Shown here: positions 28,653 to 42,284 of the stretch, in pieces
Numbering within the stretch: position 1 is the stretch's first letter
Layout of the letters: the number at the start of each line of letters is the position of its first letter
Translations under genes and position numbers: made by a program
Assembly: GCA_964016885.1 (NCBI GenBank)
Contig: OZ024743.1
Location: forward strand, 310,186,001-310,250,000
Length of the DNA stretch: 64,000 nucleotides
Direction: 5' to 3'
Source: Eledone cirrhosa
Lineage: Eukaryota
Notes under the pieces: generated by a model
What the model saw: the letters and a program-made list of their open reading frames with translations, nothing else
The model's database searches: none
Told to the model about the DNA's origin: nothing

Positions 28653-29145
28653 TAAAATTAGTCCTTCATCAGTGATCTTCCATCCTTCATTGGTATTTCA
28701 TCGCTTTAAAGATCATATACCTCTGGTGAAATGTATTAGTGTGGTGTCGCACATGTTAAACAGAAGGTGCAGAAAGAATAATGTTATTTACAAACAAGGT
28801 TGAAGAAGTGAAAAGAAAAAAAGCGAAAGGACAAAAACGTGCATAATGTGGAACGTAAAAAGTCAATGTGGAAGAAAAAATAATGTTATTTACAAGCACA
28901 GTCATGAAGTTCAGCAGATCAAAATGTATTAATATAGCAAGAATGCTTAGTTGAGCAATGGTCCAATGGAAAAAGATTAGTATTGACGTACATATACGTC
29001 AATACTCATCTTTTTCCATTTCTCCGAGGGTTCTTAACCCCACTATCAGGCTAAATAATTTCTTTAATTTCTTTAGTCAAAATACGGCGATAGCTTACAT
29101 TCCTAATAATTTCAAACCCACTCGCTCGCTGTTTCGAAAATATTC
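28648..29145 (-). mobile_element. Non-coding repeat related to 40981-41611
   Basis: 28648-28727 is the reverse complement of 41530-41611; right boundary uncertain. Confidence 0.5.
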
Positions 29146-29197
29146 TTACATATATATATATATATTATACTTACATATATATGCATATATATATATA

Positions 29198-31908
29198 TTC
29201 CTGTTCCTATAACCACGCCCATTCCGAGCTGAGGATCCGCTAAGGTGAAACAATTGTTCTCAGTATGGTGAAGTAACTGTTGTGTAACCACTTCTACCTA
29301 ACTTGTCCCATGGGCTGAGTGCTCTACCACTACGGATATTAACATCCAGTGTTCCACCACTATTTACGTCTCCAGCCCCGGTCACCAGATTCTCTTCACT
29401 ACGTAGAAGTTTGGCTTTTAGCAGATTCTTCACCACGTGGGACTTTGGCTTCCTACCCTGAGACCGCTCTCTATATCCTCGTGTCCTACACAATTTTGCG
29501 TCTCATCAACGTCAATATTGATTTATACGAACTGGATTACTCCCTGAAGAACATTCCAACTCCCTTCAACCATGATTACCAAAAGCTCCTCCTAAAAAAA
29601 GCGGAAGAAGTCGTCAGACGCTTAAGATGGCGAGCCCTAGCTTTTGACGGCAAAATTACAGGCACCAGCAACACCTTCAACCTGAAATCAAGAGCTTACC
29701 CTCCTAAGGTAACTGAACTTGCTCCTTTCGAGACGGACCTTCTTGGCTTAGTCGCTAACATTTCCTTTCGCAAACACACTAACACCTTTCAAACAAAACT
29801 CAGAAATGATATTAAGAAATTTAGGTTTTCTAATAACACCTTCGATCTTTCCGACAAAACTAATAATATCTACGAAGTCGACAACACCACTTTCCGCCAC
29901 CTGGCCCATAACGCTATTACTTCTAAATATAAGAAAGCTACCCTATGGCCTACCACGACATTAATACAGAAGTCAAGGAACTTGCCGCCGACCTTAAGGT
30001 AGATAAGAAGCTACAATCCCTAGCTAAGTGGGAGGCGTTCCTCACCCTGAAAGATCACAAGGTAGACTTTACTTCTAACCCCACATGTAGACTAATAAAC
30101 CCGGAACGCACAGATATGGGACTAGTCAGTAAGGCAATACTTAGAAACATAGTTAAGACCATTAGGATCAAGTCCAACCTGCCTCAGTGAGAGAACAGCG
30201 ACTCCGTAATTAAGTGGTTTAACTCCTTAAAATCCTAAAAAGCGAAGTTCACACAGTTTGACATTGTCGATTTTTACCCGTCGATCGCAGAGACCCTGTT
30301 AAACAAAGCGTTGGACTTCGCTACCACTTATACCACCGTCGATGGTTTAGACAGGGAAATCATCGCTCACTTCCGGAAAACCCTCCTCTTCAACGACGGA
30401 GTAGCCTGGGCAAAGAAGTCTACAACTTCAGACCTATTCGACGTCTCCATGGGACAGTACTGACGTATGTGACTTGGTTGGCCTATTTATTTTAGACATA
30501 TTACGTGTTAGATTCCCGGACTTCCACAGGGGAATATACTGCGACGATGGACTGACTTTATCGAGCCATAAAAGTGGTCACGACCTCGACCGTTTTAAAA
30601 AAGAATTAGCTTCTACCTTCAATGAGTTAGGATTAGGATAACAGTAGCCACCAACCTCTCTAGCGTAGATTTCTTAGACATTAATTTAGACCTTCGCACA
30701 AACACACAGACCCTTCCATAAGCTAAAGGAGAAACTCAATTACATTCACAAGGACTCATGCCACCTTCCCACTGTTTTTAGAAACTTCGTTAAAAATATC
30801 AGTACTAGAATCTCAAACCTCTCCTCTAAAAGGCTATCTTTGAGAGGGTGGCACCCTACAATAACACGGCGTTGGCTAAGAGCGGCTTCTCACAACATAT
30901 CACTTACTCCCCCACTAGCAACAACTCCATTAAGAAAAGTAAGCGCAACAATAGACGAACTATCTGGTTCTCTCCTCCCTTCTCACTCAACGTTAAAACC
31001 AATGTAGGAAAGAAATTTCTAGCTCTCTTAGATAGACACTTTCCCATAGGTCATAAATACCGATCCATCTTTAACCGAAACAAAGTTAAACTAGGATGCT
31101 CCTGCGCTAAGAACATGAAGGCCCACATCACCAGAAGCCCTAGGAGCAATACCCCGCCAGGATTCTCTTGCCGTAAGCCTGAAGCTTGCCCTCTTCAACA
31201 GCAATGCAACACACCAGCTGTAATTTATGAAGCTGCGATCACTTCCAACCGACCAAACGAACCACAGGAGGTCAAATCCTATGTGGGCATGGCGGATGGC
31301 CGATTTAAGGAACGTTTCCTGAACCACCAGTCTACCTTCAGGTACCCGGACATACGTTCATCCACGAAACTCGCGAGCCACGTATGGTCCCTCAAGGACT
31401 CAAGTATAGACTATTCCATTCAATGGAAAACCATCACTAAGTCCAAGCCATACGCAAGGGGAAATCCGACGTGCGGCATATGTATTGACGAACGAATAAC
31501 TATTCTAAAGAGATTACGCAATAGTGATTGCCTAAACACGAGAAATGAATTTTTCACACTTTGTCCACACGTCGCCAAACACCTATTGCATAACTACAAG
31601 GCTCCGGACTGATTCTTTGTAATTTTATTTTCAACCTAAAATCTTTTCGGACTTTCACAGTTATCTCCCTTACACCTCTCGCACGCAGTCTAGTATTGCC
31701 TGTGTGAAGTGACCGGGTTTCAGCGCATGCGCGGTCATACAGTCGTCCTTCCTGTTCATATAACCATGCCCATTCCGAGCTGAGGATCCGCTAAGGTGAA
31801 ACAATTGTTCTCAGTATGGTGATCTAACTGTTGTGTAACCATTTCTACCTAACTCGTCCCATGGACTGAATGTTCTACCACTACGGATATTACCTTCCAG
31901 TGTTCCAC

Positions 31909-31914
<6 letters not shown>
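29198..31914 (+). mobile_element. Full-length Naiad-type PLE (Naiad-2) with ~165-bp direct pseudo-LTRs
   Basis: 29198-29363 repeats 31749-31914, each with HHR (gag CTGAGGA tcc gcta aggt GAAAC aatt GTT ctc); (TA)n flanks. Confidence 0.92.
29520..31612 (+). pseudogene. Naiad RT + GIY-YIG pseudogene
   Basis: YSLKNIP, RRLRWRA, DKTNN, KDHK, FDIVDFYPSI, YCDDG, WFSPPFS, YEAAI...YVGM..FKERFLNH, CGIC, CPH; stops and frameshifts. Confidence 0.9.
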
Positions 31915-31948
<34 letters not shown>

Positions 31949-31950
<2 letters not shown>

Positions 31951-32562
31951 GTTATTCCGGGTTGAATCGGAGGTAACCACAGTAAGTAAAGTACTCAATA
32001 CATAGCAGAGTATAAAAGTTTTAATATAGATGAGATTCTACAGGACTAGAACTGTTTCATTCATTAGAAATCATCAGGAATCTGGGTATCAAAAAATAAA
32101 TATGGTATTTATAGGTCTCTACAAGTGGTAGGAGAGGGTGGGGAGTGGGATGGGTGCAGGTCATTGGTTGATAGAAAAGGGAATTCATTAAAAGCTAATT
32201 CTACAAAGCTATAGTTTATTTTTATTTTATTAATGTTTTTAGAGTAACAAGGGCAGACAGAATTCTATAAACAGGTTCCGGATGGCATACCATTCCTTGT
32301 CATTAAGTTTCTCAAAAACATTAATAAAAACATTAATAAAAACATTAATAAAATAAAAATAAACTATAGCTTTGTAGAATTAGCTTTTAATGAATTCCCT
32401 TTTCTATCAACCAATGACCTGCACCCATCCCACTCCCCACCCTCTCCTACCACTTGTAGAGACCTATAAATACCATATTTATTTTTTGATACCCAGATTC
32501 CTGATGATTTCTAATGAATGAAACAGTTCTAGTCCTGTAGAATCTCATCTATATTAAAACTT
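31949..32562. mobile_element. Non-coding family D inverted insertion with HHRs at 32032-32083 (-) and 32495-32545 (+)
   Basis: Right arm is the reverse complement of the left; HHR agattc CTGATGA tttc taat gaat GAA ACAG ttctagtc CTGT A gaatct. Confidence 0.85.
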
Positions 32563-32565
32563 ATA

Positions 32566-32619
<54 letters not shown>

Positions 32620-32622
<3 letters not shown>

Positions 32623-32910
32623 AAAGTTATATTTAAATTGTTGGGTTACAACTAGTAAATATTTATAACTGATATAAAAGCACTCGACAAGTATTTGGAG
32701 TATATTTACAATATTAAATCAACTGCCAAATCAACTTTTCAAATACAAGTCGATGTTGTTACGGTATGTCAAATCTATTTATCTATAAAACTGTTTATAT
32801 TGTATTTTGTCTGAGGAAGGCATAGCATATTGTTAATATGATATCCCTGAAATATATATAATGAAATAGATATGGTTTTATAAATATAGTTTCCATTTAT
32901 TTAATATTGT
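32620..32910. mobile_element. Diverged Naiad-1-related terminal fragments with HHR at 32803-32868 (+)
   Basis: Similar to 6600-6800 in both orientations. Confidence 0.65.
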
Positions 32911-34587
32911 ATATATATATATATATATATTATATAGAAATATATTATACTTACATATATATATATATATAATATATATATATATTATACTTACACATAT
33001 ATATATATATACACACACACATATATATATATAAGATTGCGAAAGCATGAATGTACTTGTTCAATTAACACTTAACATTTAATATTCTACCATACTATTT
33101 CATTCTAATACCATTATAAATTTTAAAGGATTGTAAATAAAACGAGTAAATCAGACAAAGTTGAAATTCTTTTTATTAATATAATCTTCTATACACAATC
33201 ACACACACCCGCGTATATTTATTTATATATATATATTCCTATTGTGTATATGCCAACATGTCTGGAAAGCAACAAATGAAATCAACAGAATAAGAAAGAA
33301 TTCTAAAGGAAATGTGATCGAAATTATCAACACTTATCACGATTATTGACACACAATCCTCTATTTTATAGGAAATAGAAAAACAATCTACAGACGGAAA
33401 AGATATAACTGAACACATAAACTCTGTAATTAAGAATTTAGCTGAAATTACACCAACAGTTATCAAAGATACAAGAGAAAGCCTACCACAACCCCCTTGG
33501 ATGTCAGAACTAAACGAAAGTAATTTGGAAAACAAAACACATCGAATAAGAAAAGAAATGTGGAAGACATTGTAAAAATTTCTTAACATAAGAAAACAAA
33601 ACTTCTGGAAAGCATACAAATGCGAAAAATATGTCGAAACACATTCGAAATGGCTCTCTCTAACGGTACCCATATTCCCTCGTAAATACCTAATTACAGA
33701 AATTGCAGGAGAACCAGAAGAAGAAACAAAACTCCGATGGGAACTTACATTGACAAAATCCATCTCCATTTCTCAATGTAAACAATCCCGCTGCATAGCC
33801 AAATATGAAGTCAAAATGTCAAAGCTAACGACTGGTAATATAGCTGGAAAACTACGAGAACTATAGATCAGAGATATCTTAAAAGAAGAAAGCAAATCAA
33901 GAAAGTTATGGCAGCAGAAACAATTATTTCTCGACGAATATGCTGCAAATTACGGTAAAGACTCTAGAACTTTGAGAAAAAGCATTTAAAGTGGAAAATT
34001 TCACCAACACAACATACGCCAGAACGCACGGCAAACAAACACTCACCTTACCTTGAATCAAAGAAGAACTACGGTAAGAACTCTTTGCTTTTTCTAGAAA
34101 AACACCCTAACGCACACATGAACAAAAAGCACAAACACGATAGATATTCCTTTGACCAGACCATGAGAAGTAGAAAAACCAGGAGATCATTCTCAAGATC
34201 TCAACAGAGACTACCCACAAGGAACGGGGACAAAAACGTAGAATAACCAGATCACTCTCAAGATCTCAACAGAGATTACCCACAAGAAACTGGGCGAAAA
34301 AACGATCTAAACCTGAAAGCAAACCTAGGTCATTTCCCCAGATTGTTAAAAATAATGCTAACAAGAAATGGAAAGATAATATACATAATACCAAAAATAG
34401 GACAAAAAACATAATGAAACCAAATATAATATCACGACCAAAAGTTCATCAAGCAAACATCAACGGGAATATAAATCAATCTTGAACAGAGAAAAATCCA
34501 TTTTTTAACGTCAGGACAACACAAATCGGAAAAAGAAAAACTCCAGGAGGAAACATACCCAAAACAACTGTACACGTAGATCCTAAA

Positions 34588-36798
34588 ATAATTAATTTAT
34601 CCAAAAGAGATCTTGACAATGATGAAATGCAAATTCTGTCAAAAGGACTGAAATTCACACCGACTCCAACAGTCAACCTCCAAGAACTGAAGGAGGATAC
34701 CTAAGAATTCTGTCGAAAATTACGTCTTGTAGAATTCTTCGCTGATAAAAGTAATGAGAGTGATGAATCACTAGTAAAGGAAAAATCAAATTTCACTCCG
34801 CCAAAAGGAAGAAATATCTATCTCGACCAATACATTGACATTCTGTCAAAATTTTCTCTTAGACGTAATACTAATATTAGGCCAAACATTATCAAAAATC
34901 AGAAATGTCTGCACTTAAACGTACACAAAATGATAAAACAATAATAATTAAACAAGCAGATAAAGGGGTTGCAGTTGTTATAATGGATGCTGAATATTAC
35001 AAAGATTTGGTTGAGCAACAACTGAAAGACATAACATTCTATCATGAAATACCGTCAAATATAGACCACAACATCATGAAGAAGATCAACAACCTGGCTT
35101 CAAAATACCACAACTCACTTACTGATAAGGAAAGAGACTACATCACCAATTTTGAGCCAAAACCCTGCAACCTGTATGGCCTACCGAAAGTTCACAAGTC
35201 AAAAGAAATACAACTGGCAGTAAAAGAACAAAACTGTGAGTACATTAAATTACTACACCCAAAAGACTTAAAACTTAGACCTATTACAGCTGGTCCAACA
35301 TGCCCTACCCACCATCTAAGCAATTTTGTTGACATTATTAATTATTTTGAAACCACTATGTATTCACATAACGAGTTTCATCCGGGATGATATCGACCTC
35401 CTGTCCCATCTTTCCAAAACCACGGAAACGAATTCACTTCTACTCAGTTTTGATGTGGTAAGCCTTTACACCAACATTACACATGATTTAGGAATAAAGG
35501 CGGTTAAATACTGGGTGGAAAAACATAGAGAAGTGATTCCCACCAGATTCACAGCGCCATTTATATTAGACGCAGTAAAACTTATTCTGGAAAACAACAC
35601 TTTCTTCTTCAATGGAAAGAACTACATCCAAATTAGAGGCACAACGATGGGAGCGAAGTTTGCTCCCGTTTACGCGAACTCTGTAATGGGATACTTAGAA
35701 CAACAACTCTACCAAGAAATAGAGCAAAAATATAGCACTGACTTTAGAAAGTACATTGAAAAATCTTGACGACTGTTTCATCATCTGGACAGAATCTCTA
35801 GATAATCTGGATGAGTTCAATATCCTCCTGAATAACCTACACCCATCTCTCCAATTCGCAAAAGGGATGAGTAGTACCAAATTACCATTCCTAGATATAT
35901 TGGTACAAAAACGACACCACCATTACCACGGATATATATTATAAACACACAGACACCCATCAATATCTGAATTTAAGTCGTGCCATCCACCTCATACAAA
36001 ACGCAACATCCTATACTGCCTAGCCAGAAGAATTTGTACTATTGTAGAAGATACGAATACCAGGAACAAACGCCTAACAGAACTAAGAGAAATTTTGCTC
36101 AAACAAAAATACCCATCTCTACTTATAGAAAATGGCATACAGCGGGCTATAAAAATACCTATACAACAAATTAGGAAAACCCAAGGAAGAAGAAACCAAG
36201 AACTCGTCATACCATTTATAATGACACACAACCTATGTCACCAGAATATCTTCAACGCTGCCAAAGCAAACCTACCGATCATTGCTCAAAGTAATGAATT
36301 AAAAGGCTTAATCACAGACCGATCTTTGACTCTGAGTAAAAGACAGCCGAAATTTTTGAAGCAATTACTAACAAAAGCAAAGTTTGACCTTAACAACAAA
36401 GACCAATCATTCACTGTATCTAAATGCAATGATAGTCGATGTGGCACATGTTCATACACAACGGTCAATATATGAACACAAAAACTGGAAAAATATTCCC
36501 AAATACAAATATGAACTGCAAAAGCAGAAATCCAATTTACTGCATTAAATGCCCGAATTGTGAAGAACTATATGTCGGTCAAACTGGAAATGCACTATCG
36601 GAACGTGCACGGGTGAACCGACAGCAAATCAGAGACCCACATGTCCGTCATATACCCCTGAGTAACCATCTAGAAACATCTGGTCAGAAAATATTTATAA
36701 TATTTCCATTCTACAGATTACACAGCCCAAGTGAAATCAAGAGAAAAATCAAAAAGAATTTTATTGATAAATTCCAACCCAAGCTAAATGAACAATAA
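34588..36798 (+). pseudogene. Neptune-type RT + Cys linker + GIY-YIG pseudogene (N-terminal extension may start near 33258)
   Basis: IINLS..LSKGLKFTPTP, ADKG, LPKVHK, RPI, FDVVSLYT, GTTMG, CNDSRCGTC, IYCIKCPNC...YVGQT. Confidence 0.88.
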
Positions 36799-36870
36799 TA
36801 ATGGTTTATTAGTCCTACTATGACTACGAAAATGTCGACTACTACCACTAACAACAACAACAACAGTAAT

Positions 36871-37050
36871 AATAATTGTTTCTACTTTTGGAACAAGGCT
36901 AGCAATTACCCAGTGTATTACTGGTACTTTATTTTATCGACCCCGTAAGGATGAAAGGCAAAGTTAACCTCGGCGGGATTTGAACTCAGATCATAAAAGG
37001 ACGTAATTCTATGCTTCATAGCATGGTGTCCGACTCTCTACCGATACTGC
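36871..37050 (-). mobile_element. tRNA-derived SINE inserted in the Neptune 3' UTR
   Basis: Reverse complement of 12437-12625 family. Confidence 0.85.
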
Positions 37051-37341
37051 AAGTGATGTTGATGGTGATGATTACTAGAAAATGCTATTTTCCTCATTTC
37101 TAAAAATAGCAAAACAATTGATGCTTTGGATAGGGTCAAATAGTATTCGTTAGACATGATCGACCAACCGTGACGCCTAAATCAATTAGCTTTCGTAATC
37201 CAGTGAAACTACACACCGATTGGTCGAAATACAATTTGCAGAATATAGCATTCTGTAGCCGCTTTTCACTGTATATAAGGCACAAAATTTACCTATCTCA
37301 TTACAGTTGAAAATTGCAAACTTGACTGTCACCACAGAATA

Positions 37342-37380
37342 TGAACCTGATGATTGCGAAAGCATGAAAGTACTTGTTCA
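37342..37380 (+). ncRNA. Minimal type I HHR of the Neptune pLTR
   Basis: tgaac CTGATGA t-tgc gaaa gca-t GAAA gta CTT gttca; palindromic aagtactt stem III. Confidence 0.8.
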
Positions 37381-37504
37381 ATTAACACTTAACATTTAGT
37401 ATTCTACCATACTATTTCATTCTAATACCATTATAAATTTTAAAGGATTGTGAATAAAACGAGTAAATCAGAAAAAGTTGGATTTCCTTTATAAAAATAT
37501 ATAT

Positions 37505-38195
37505 ATACAATATATTAACAAATGAAAACTATATTTATAAAATCATATTTATTTCATTATACATATTTCAAGGACACCAAAGCAAATTATGGTGCGCTTT
37601 CATCAGATAAAATATAATATAGATCAGTTTTATAAACAAATATTGACATACCTTTAAATAATGCGACCATGTTGGTTGGAAGCTCCCGGATAGTGGGGTT
37701 ACTAATTTTATTATTGGTCTATTATGCAAATTCAACGTTTAAATATAAATTTAAAATGTATATATATAACTCATCTTATTAAACCTATCGATAAATCATT
37801 AGAGTCCTTCATACGACTGCCAAAAACTCTGTTAAATGAAGAAACATATTTTCGTAAAGATTTTTCCTTGAAAATACTTGTAGATAAACATACTGAAAGT
37901 TTTTAAAAAAATGGGTATAAAAAATTATGATAAACATACTGAAAGTTTATAAAAAAAAGATTTTTTGTTAATTGCTCGGATATAAAAAGTTATAATTCAT
38001 ATTTTATACTGTGTTTTTTCTATATATTCTTATATATATTTTTAAAATTATATTGCTTAAAAATTACATTGCTTAAAAATATAATCCCTTTTAAAATTAT
38101 ATAATTATATCTTTTTTAAAATTTGTAATTCCTTTTAAAATTATAATCCTTTTAAAAATTATAACTCATATTTATTTTATATTATGTATTTTGTA
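37505..38195. mobile_element. Naiad-1-related inverted fragment pair, HHR at 37550-37613 (-)
   Basis: Minus 3' terminus joined to a plus EN-end/UTR fragment similar to 9125-9420. Confidence 0.75.
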
Positions 38196-38274
<79 letters not shown>

Positions 38275-38319
38275 ATGTGTGTATATGTATGTATATATAT
38301 ATATATGTGTGTATATATG

Positions 38320-39142
38320 CGCATTTCCCTCCAGGGGTAGCGTCCACAAACATGACACTCTGGTATCTCTGGTTGTCGTACCATGAGGTGGCTTTCCCTA
38401 TCTTATGTCTAGCCCTATCTAAGCTATTCCATGATTTACTCCTGTATAATGGGCAAATTTCTTTCACGTCCAGTTCTATGAGGGTCTTATACTTCTCCAT
38501 GGCTCCTTCGTATACTCTGACTCTGTCTCTTTGGCTGTAGCCAGAGAACTGCATGCGGTTGATGAAGTGTTGGATGTGTCTTTCCATTTCTGTTGGGTCG
38601 CACATGCGGGACACATTCTTCATCACTCGTACCAAATCTGCGATCAGAATATTAAACTTAGCACTACTGGACATTGCTGAGTTTTTGAGTATCAGGTATT
38701 TGGAGGCCATGGGTTTAGCATAGTGTGAGTGGAGAATTTGGGCTCTCTCGTCTATAGTGTTAATCCAGAGATCCGTGTCTAATACAGGTAGTCTATTGTT
38801 AGGGTGTTTGGAAGGGAAGTCGATAGTTACAGTTATACTCTGGTGTATGGAATTAGCTATCTGCTGGATGCTTTCCATTGTGCTACGTTCTAAATCAAAC
38901 TTGTTAGTGCTCTCTAGTGGGGATGTTCTTATAACTATATTGATATCGTCTACATAACGAGCGTACATGATGAGGTCTATGGAGCTTTCATTAAGGAGAT
39001 CTTTAAGTCTCCTTTCCCACCATACCATGAAAAGGTTGGCAACATCACCAGCTATGCTGACGCCAATGGCTGCTCCCTCATTTTGGGTGTAGATCTTCTC
39101 GTTGAACTTAAATATGTGGCCCTTTACGGTAGTTTTGATACT
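38320..39142 (-). pseudogene. RT fragment of a diverged sister of family A
   Basis: GAAIG, MVWW, RYVDD, HSHYAKPM, MQFSGY, SVMFVDATPGG; bounded by microsatellites. Confidence 0.88.
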
Positions 39143-39155
39143 ATATATTATATAT

Positions 39156-39187
<32 letters not shown>

Positions 39188-39231
39188 ATACATTATATAT
39201 ATATATATATATATTAAATATATATATTATA

Positions 39232-39838
39232 TCTATGTAGATAAATCTACCAAAAGTTTACGGTAGTGTCCAATCCGTATGAAGAACTCAATGTAATCCG
39301 GATATCATGAAAAGAGAAGATGCATTAAAAAACTACTTTCGGTGAAAAATAAACGGAAAACAGAGTCAAGATAAATTAATAAAATAATGAATAAATAAAG
39401 AAACAGTTCCTTATATTAAAAAAAATTCATCATTTTACGATATTTTAATATCCTATTAAATAAGCGACAGGAATTAATAATATCGTGTAATCATAAACTG
39501 AGAAAAACCTTTAAATATTATAAACCTAATTAATATAAACTTTAGAAATTCATTTATAATTTATTTTTAATTTAGTTAACCTATAATTAATATTCTACTA
39601 CTGATGAACTACATAATTTTGCTTTCTTTCTTACAAATATCATTTCCTAAAACTGATACCATTAAGTAAACATATATAATGCTTTAACTTCAGGTTATGA
39701 CTCTATGTTCCTTGAAAACTATATATATTTACTATTCCTCACTAATAAATTTAATCCCCCCAAATAATTATATGTATATATAAGTGTATATGTGTGTCTA
39801 TATATTTGTGTATGTATGTATGTGTGCATATATATATC

Positions 39839-39877
<39 letters not shown>

Positions 39878-39968
39878 ATGTGTATGTATATATATATATA
39901 TATATGTGTGTATGTGTGTGTGTGCATATGTATATGTATGTATATATATATATAAGTGTATATATATG

Positions 39969-40007
<39 letters not shown>

Positions 40008-40290
40008 GTGTGTGTATGTGTATGTATATATATATATATGTATAAGTATATGTAGATATATATATTATTTTTATATTCTTTTAATTTCCCCTCATCCTTA
40101 ACAGCACTTTTCAACTGCATCTACCTCTTATTTATCATATCTATATGTATTAATATAATTTTATCAATATAAATATACCCATCAATTAAATTAATTTAAT
40201 TTCTTTTCATAAATGTATTTTTTTCACTAACATTCTTATTTTAAAACTTTAGTCACCTTAGATATTTGTACTGGCATTACTTGATTATTG
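39232..40290. mobile_element. Naiad family C: minus 3' tail (39232-39441) joined to plus EN-end + UTR
   Basis: ILLNKRQELIISCNHKLRKTF; matches 46411-46478 and the reverse complement of 47020-48240. Confidence 0.8.
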
Positions 40291-40297
40291 GCATTAC

Positions 40298-40877
40298 TTG
40301 ATTATTTACTAGATTTCTATAAGAATATAACATCATTGATCTCAGTAGACAGGTAGGGTAGTGGGCCTTGATAAGCTTCAACCAAAGCGAAATATGTCAT
40401 GTCGGCTTATCTCGCCTGTTTGCTGAGATCAAAGTGAGTGAATTTGTCACTACTTTAAAACAATAGCTTACGGTCTTCAAAATGCTTTTAATTAAGCATA
40501 AAGTGTATTGCAAAATACATTATATATACATCCATATATATATTGCTATTTCAGAGCTCCATTTCTAATTTTTAATTTCTGCCTGACCAACAAGCGCTCT
40601 GCATAATCAGCTCCTGATTATTTACTAGATTTCTATGAGAATATAACATCATTGATCTCAGTAGACAGGTGGGGTAGTTGGCCTTGATAAGCTTCAACCA
40701 AAGCGAAACATGTTTGTCGGCTTATCTCCCCTGTTTGCTGAGATCAAAGTGAGTGAATTTGTCACTACTTTAAAACAATAGCTTACGGTCTTCAAAATGC
40801 TTTTAATTAAGCATAAAGTGTATTGCAAAATACATTATATATACATCCATATATATATTGCTATTTCAGAGCTCCAA

Positions 40878-40884
<7 letters not shown>
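40298..40884 (+). mobile_element. Retrozyme-like tandem array (~316-bp monomer, about 1.85 copies)
   Basis: Period 40301/40617; HHR cores TTGATAA at 40368 and 40684. Confidence 0.8.
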
Positions 40885-40928
<44 letters not shown>

Positions 40929-40941
40929 ATATATATATATA

Positions 40942-40980
<39 letters not shown>

Positions 40981-40983
<3 letters not shown>

Positions 40984-41607
40984 ACCCATTAGCAACCACG
41001 CAGCACGTTTATTCTCATATTTACACATATTTTTTTCAAAGCTGTGACCCGTCTATTTCGTTCTTACTGTTTCCTCCTTCTCTGTATCTTTACCCTCTCT
41101 AGCAGTCACTCTCTCTGTTAGCCTCTTCCTCACCCTTCACTCGCTCATTCTCTGTTACTACCTCTCCTCCTCCCCCTTCTTCCCGTTTGACCTGTGCGTA
41201 ATTCTTTTCTTTCGCACCCTTGGTCTGGCAGGTCGGTTTTTTTCTCTCTCTCATCTACGATTTCACAGAACTTACGTTCACCGAATTTACAGACTAGATC
41301 CCTTCTTAGTCCCGTTAGACCTGTACGGAATTCCTTCCTTGCTCACATTCCAACCAGGTTTGATGGTCTTTATTCTCTCTCGTTCACGATTTCACCGAAT
41401 TTATATACATAGAAATTTGGGACTTGACTTCTTCTTCCTCACTTTTCGTTGCTTCACCATCTTTGTTTGTTTACACTCGTGTCCCCTTTATTTACGTGTC
41501 CCAACGACTTGTTTTAGCCGTTGCTGACACCAACCGGAGGTATATGGTCTTTAAATCGATGAAATACCAATGATGGTTGGAAGATCACTGATGAAGGACT
41601 AACTTTA

Positions 41608-41611
<4 letters not shown>
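40981..41611 (+). mobile_element. Non-coding CT-rich repeat ending in a half-HHR
   Basis: Internal duplication about 41180-41400; ends gatca-ctgatga-aggactaa then (TA)n; shared with 28648. Confidence 0.5.
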
Positions 41612-41644
<33 letters not shown>

Positions 41645-41648
<4 letters not shown>

Positions 41649-41862
41649 CGTTTCTGAATTTGTTTAGCAAGATTCTTTATCTGAAAACGTCTGTTGAAAC
41701 CGATATTGTTATACTTTGGGAGGGTCATGTTGCCAATAAGTTACACACGCACCAGTTGCTTTCACTTCAATTTATTATAATAAATTTATAAATTTAGGAA
41801 TTTATAAATTTCCGGTTGGTTGGTTGGTTCCATAATCAGATGGTTGTTTATATAGTTATAGT
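41645..41862 (-). mobile_element. Solo 3'-terminal fragment of family A
   Basis: Matches 20480-20720. Confidence 0.85.
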
Positions 41863-41909
41863 TATATACTTGTTTATATAGTTATAGTTATAGTTATATA
41901 GTTATTGTC

Positions 41910-42249
41910 ACTATGAACGGTATTATTATTAGTAGTATTAATAGTGTTGTTAATATTAGTAATATTAATATTGTTATCTTCGGTTATTTGTTTTGGGTTT
42001 AAATTTAGGTTTCTATTATTAATTCAATTTATAGTTTGTGTTATGTTCATCGTAGTAGAGTAAGATAGTGTAATAGTATGTCTGTTAAAAATAGTATGGT
42101 ATCTATGGGATTTAGGAAAACACTTATCTACTGCTTTGAAATATAAGTTTGCTACAGGTGTTTTAACGCCTAACGAGAATGGGGGAGAGTACCAAATAAT
42201 ATTTGTAGTTCTAGTTCTTTTGTTTGATTTACTATTTATGTTAAATTGC

Positions 42250-42284
<35 letters not shown>

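Larger units (their letters stand above)
33034..37492 (+). mobile_element. Neptune-type PLE with ~140-bp direct pseudo-LTRs
   Basis: 33034-33175 repeats 37352-37492; decayed ORF between. Confidence 0.88.

Noticed and set aside
29198-31914. LTR retrotransposon
   Set aside because: No gag, protease or integrase, no TG..CA ends; RT + GIY-YIG and HHR indicate PLE pseudo-LTRs
39600-39640. ctgatga as a hammerhead core (also 47870 minus, 42607 minus, 19897 minus)
   Set aside because: No matching GAAA and stem set found
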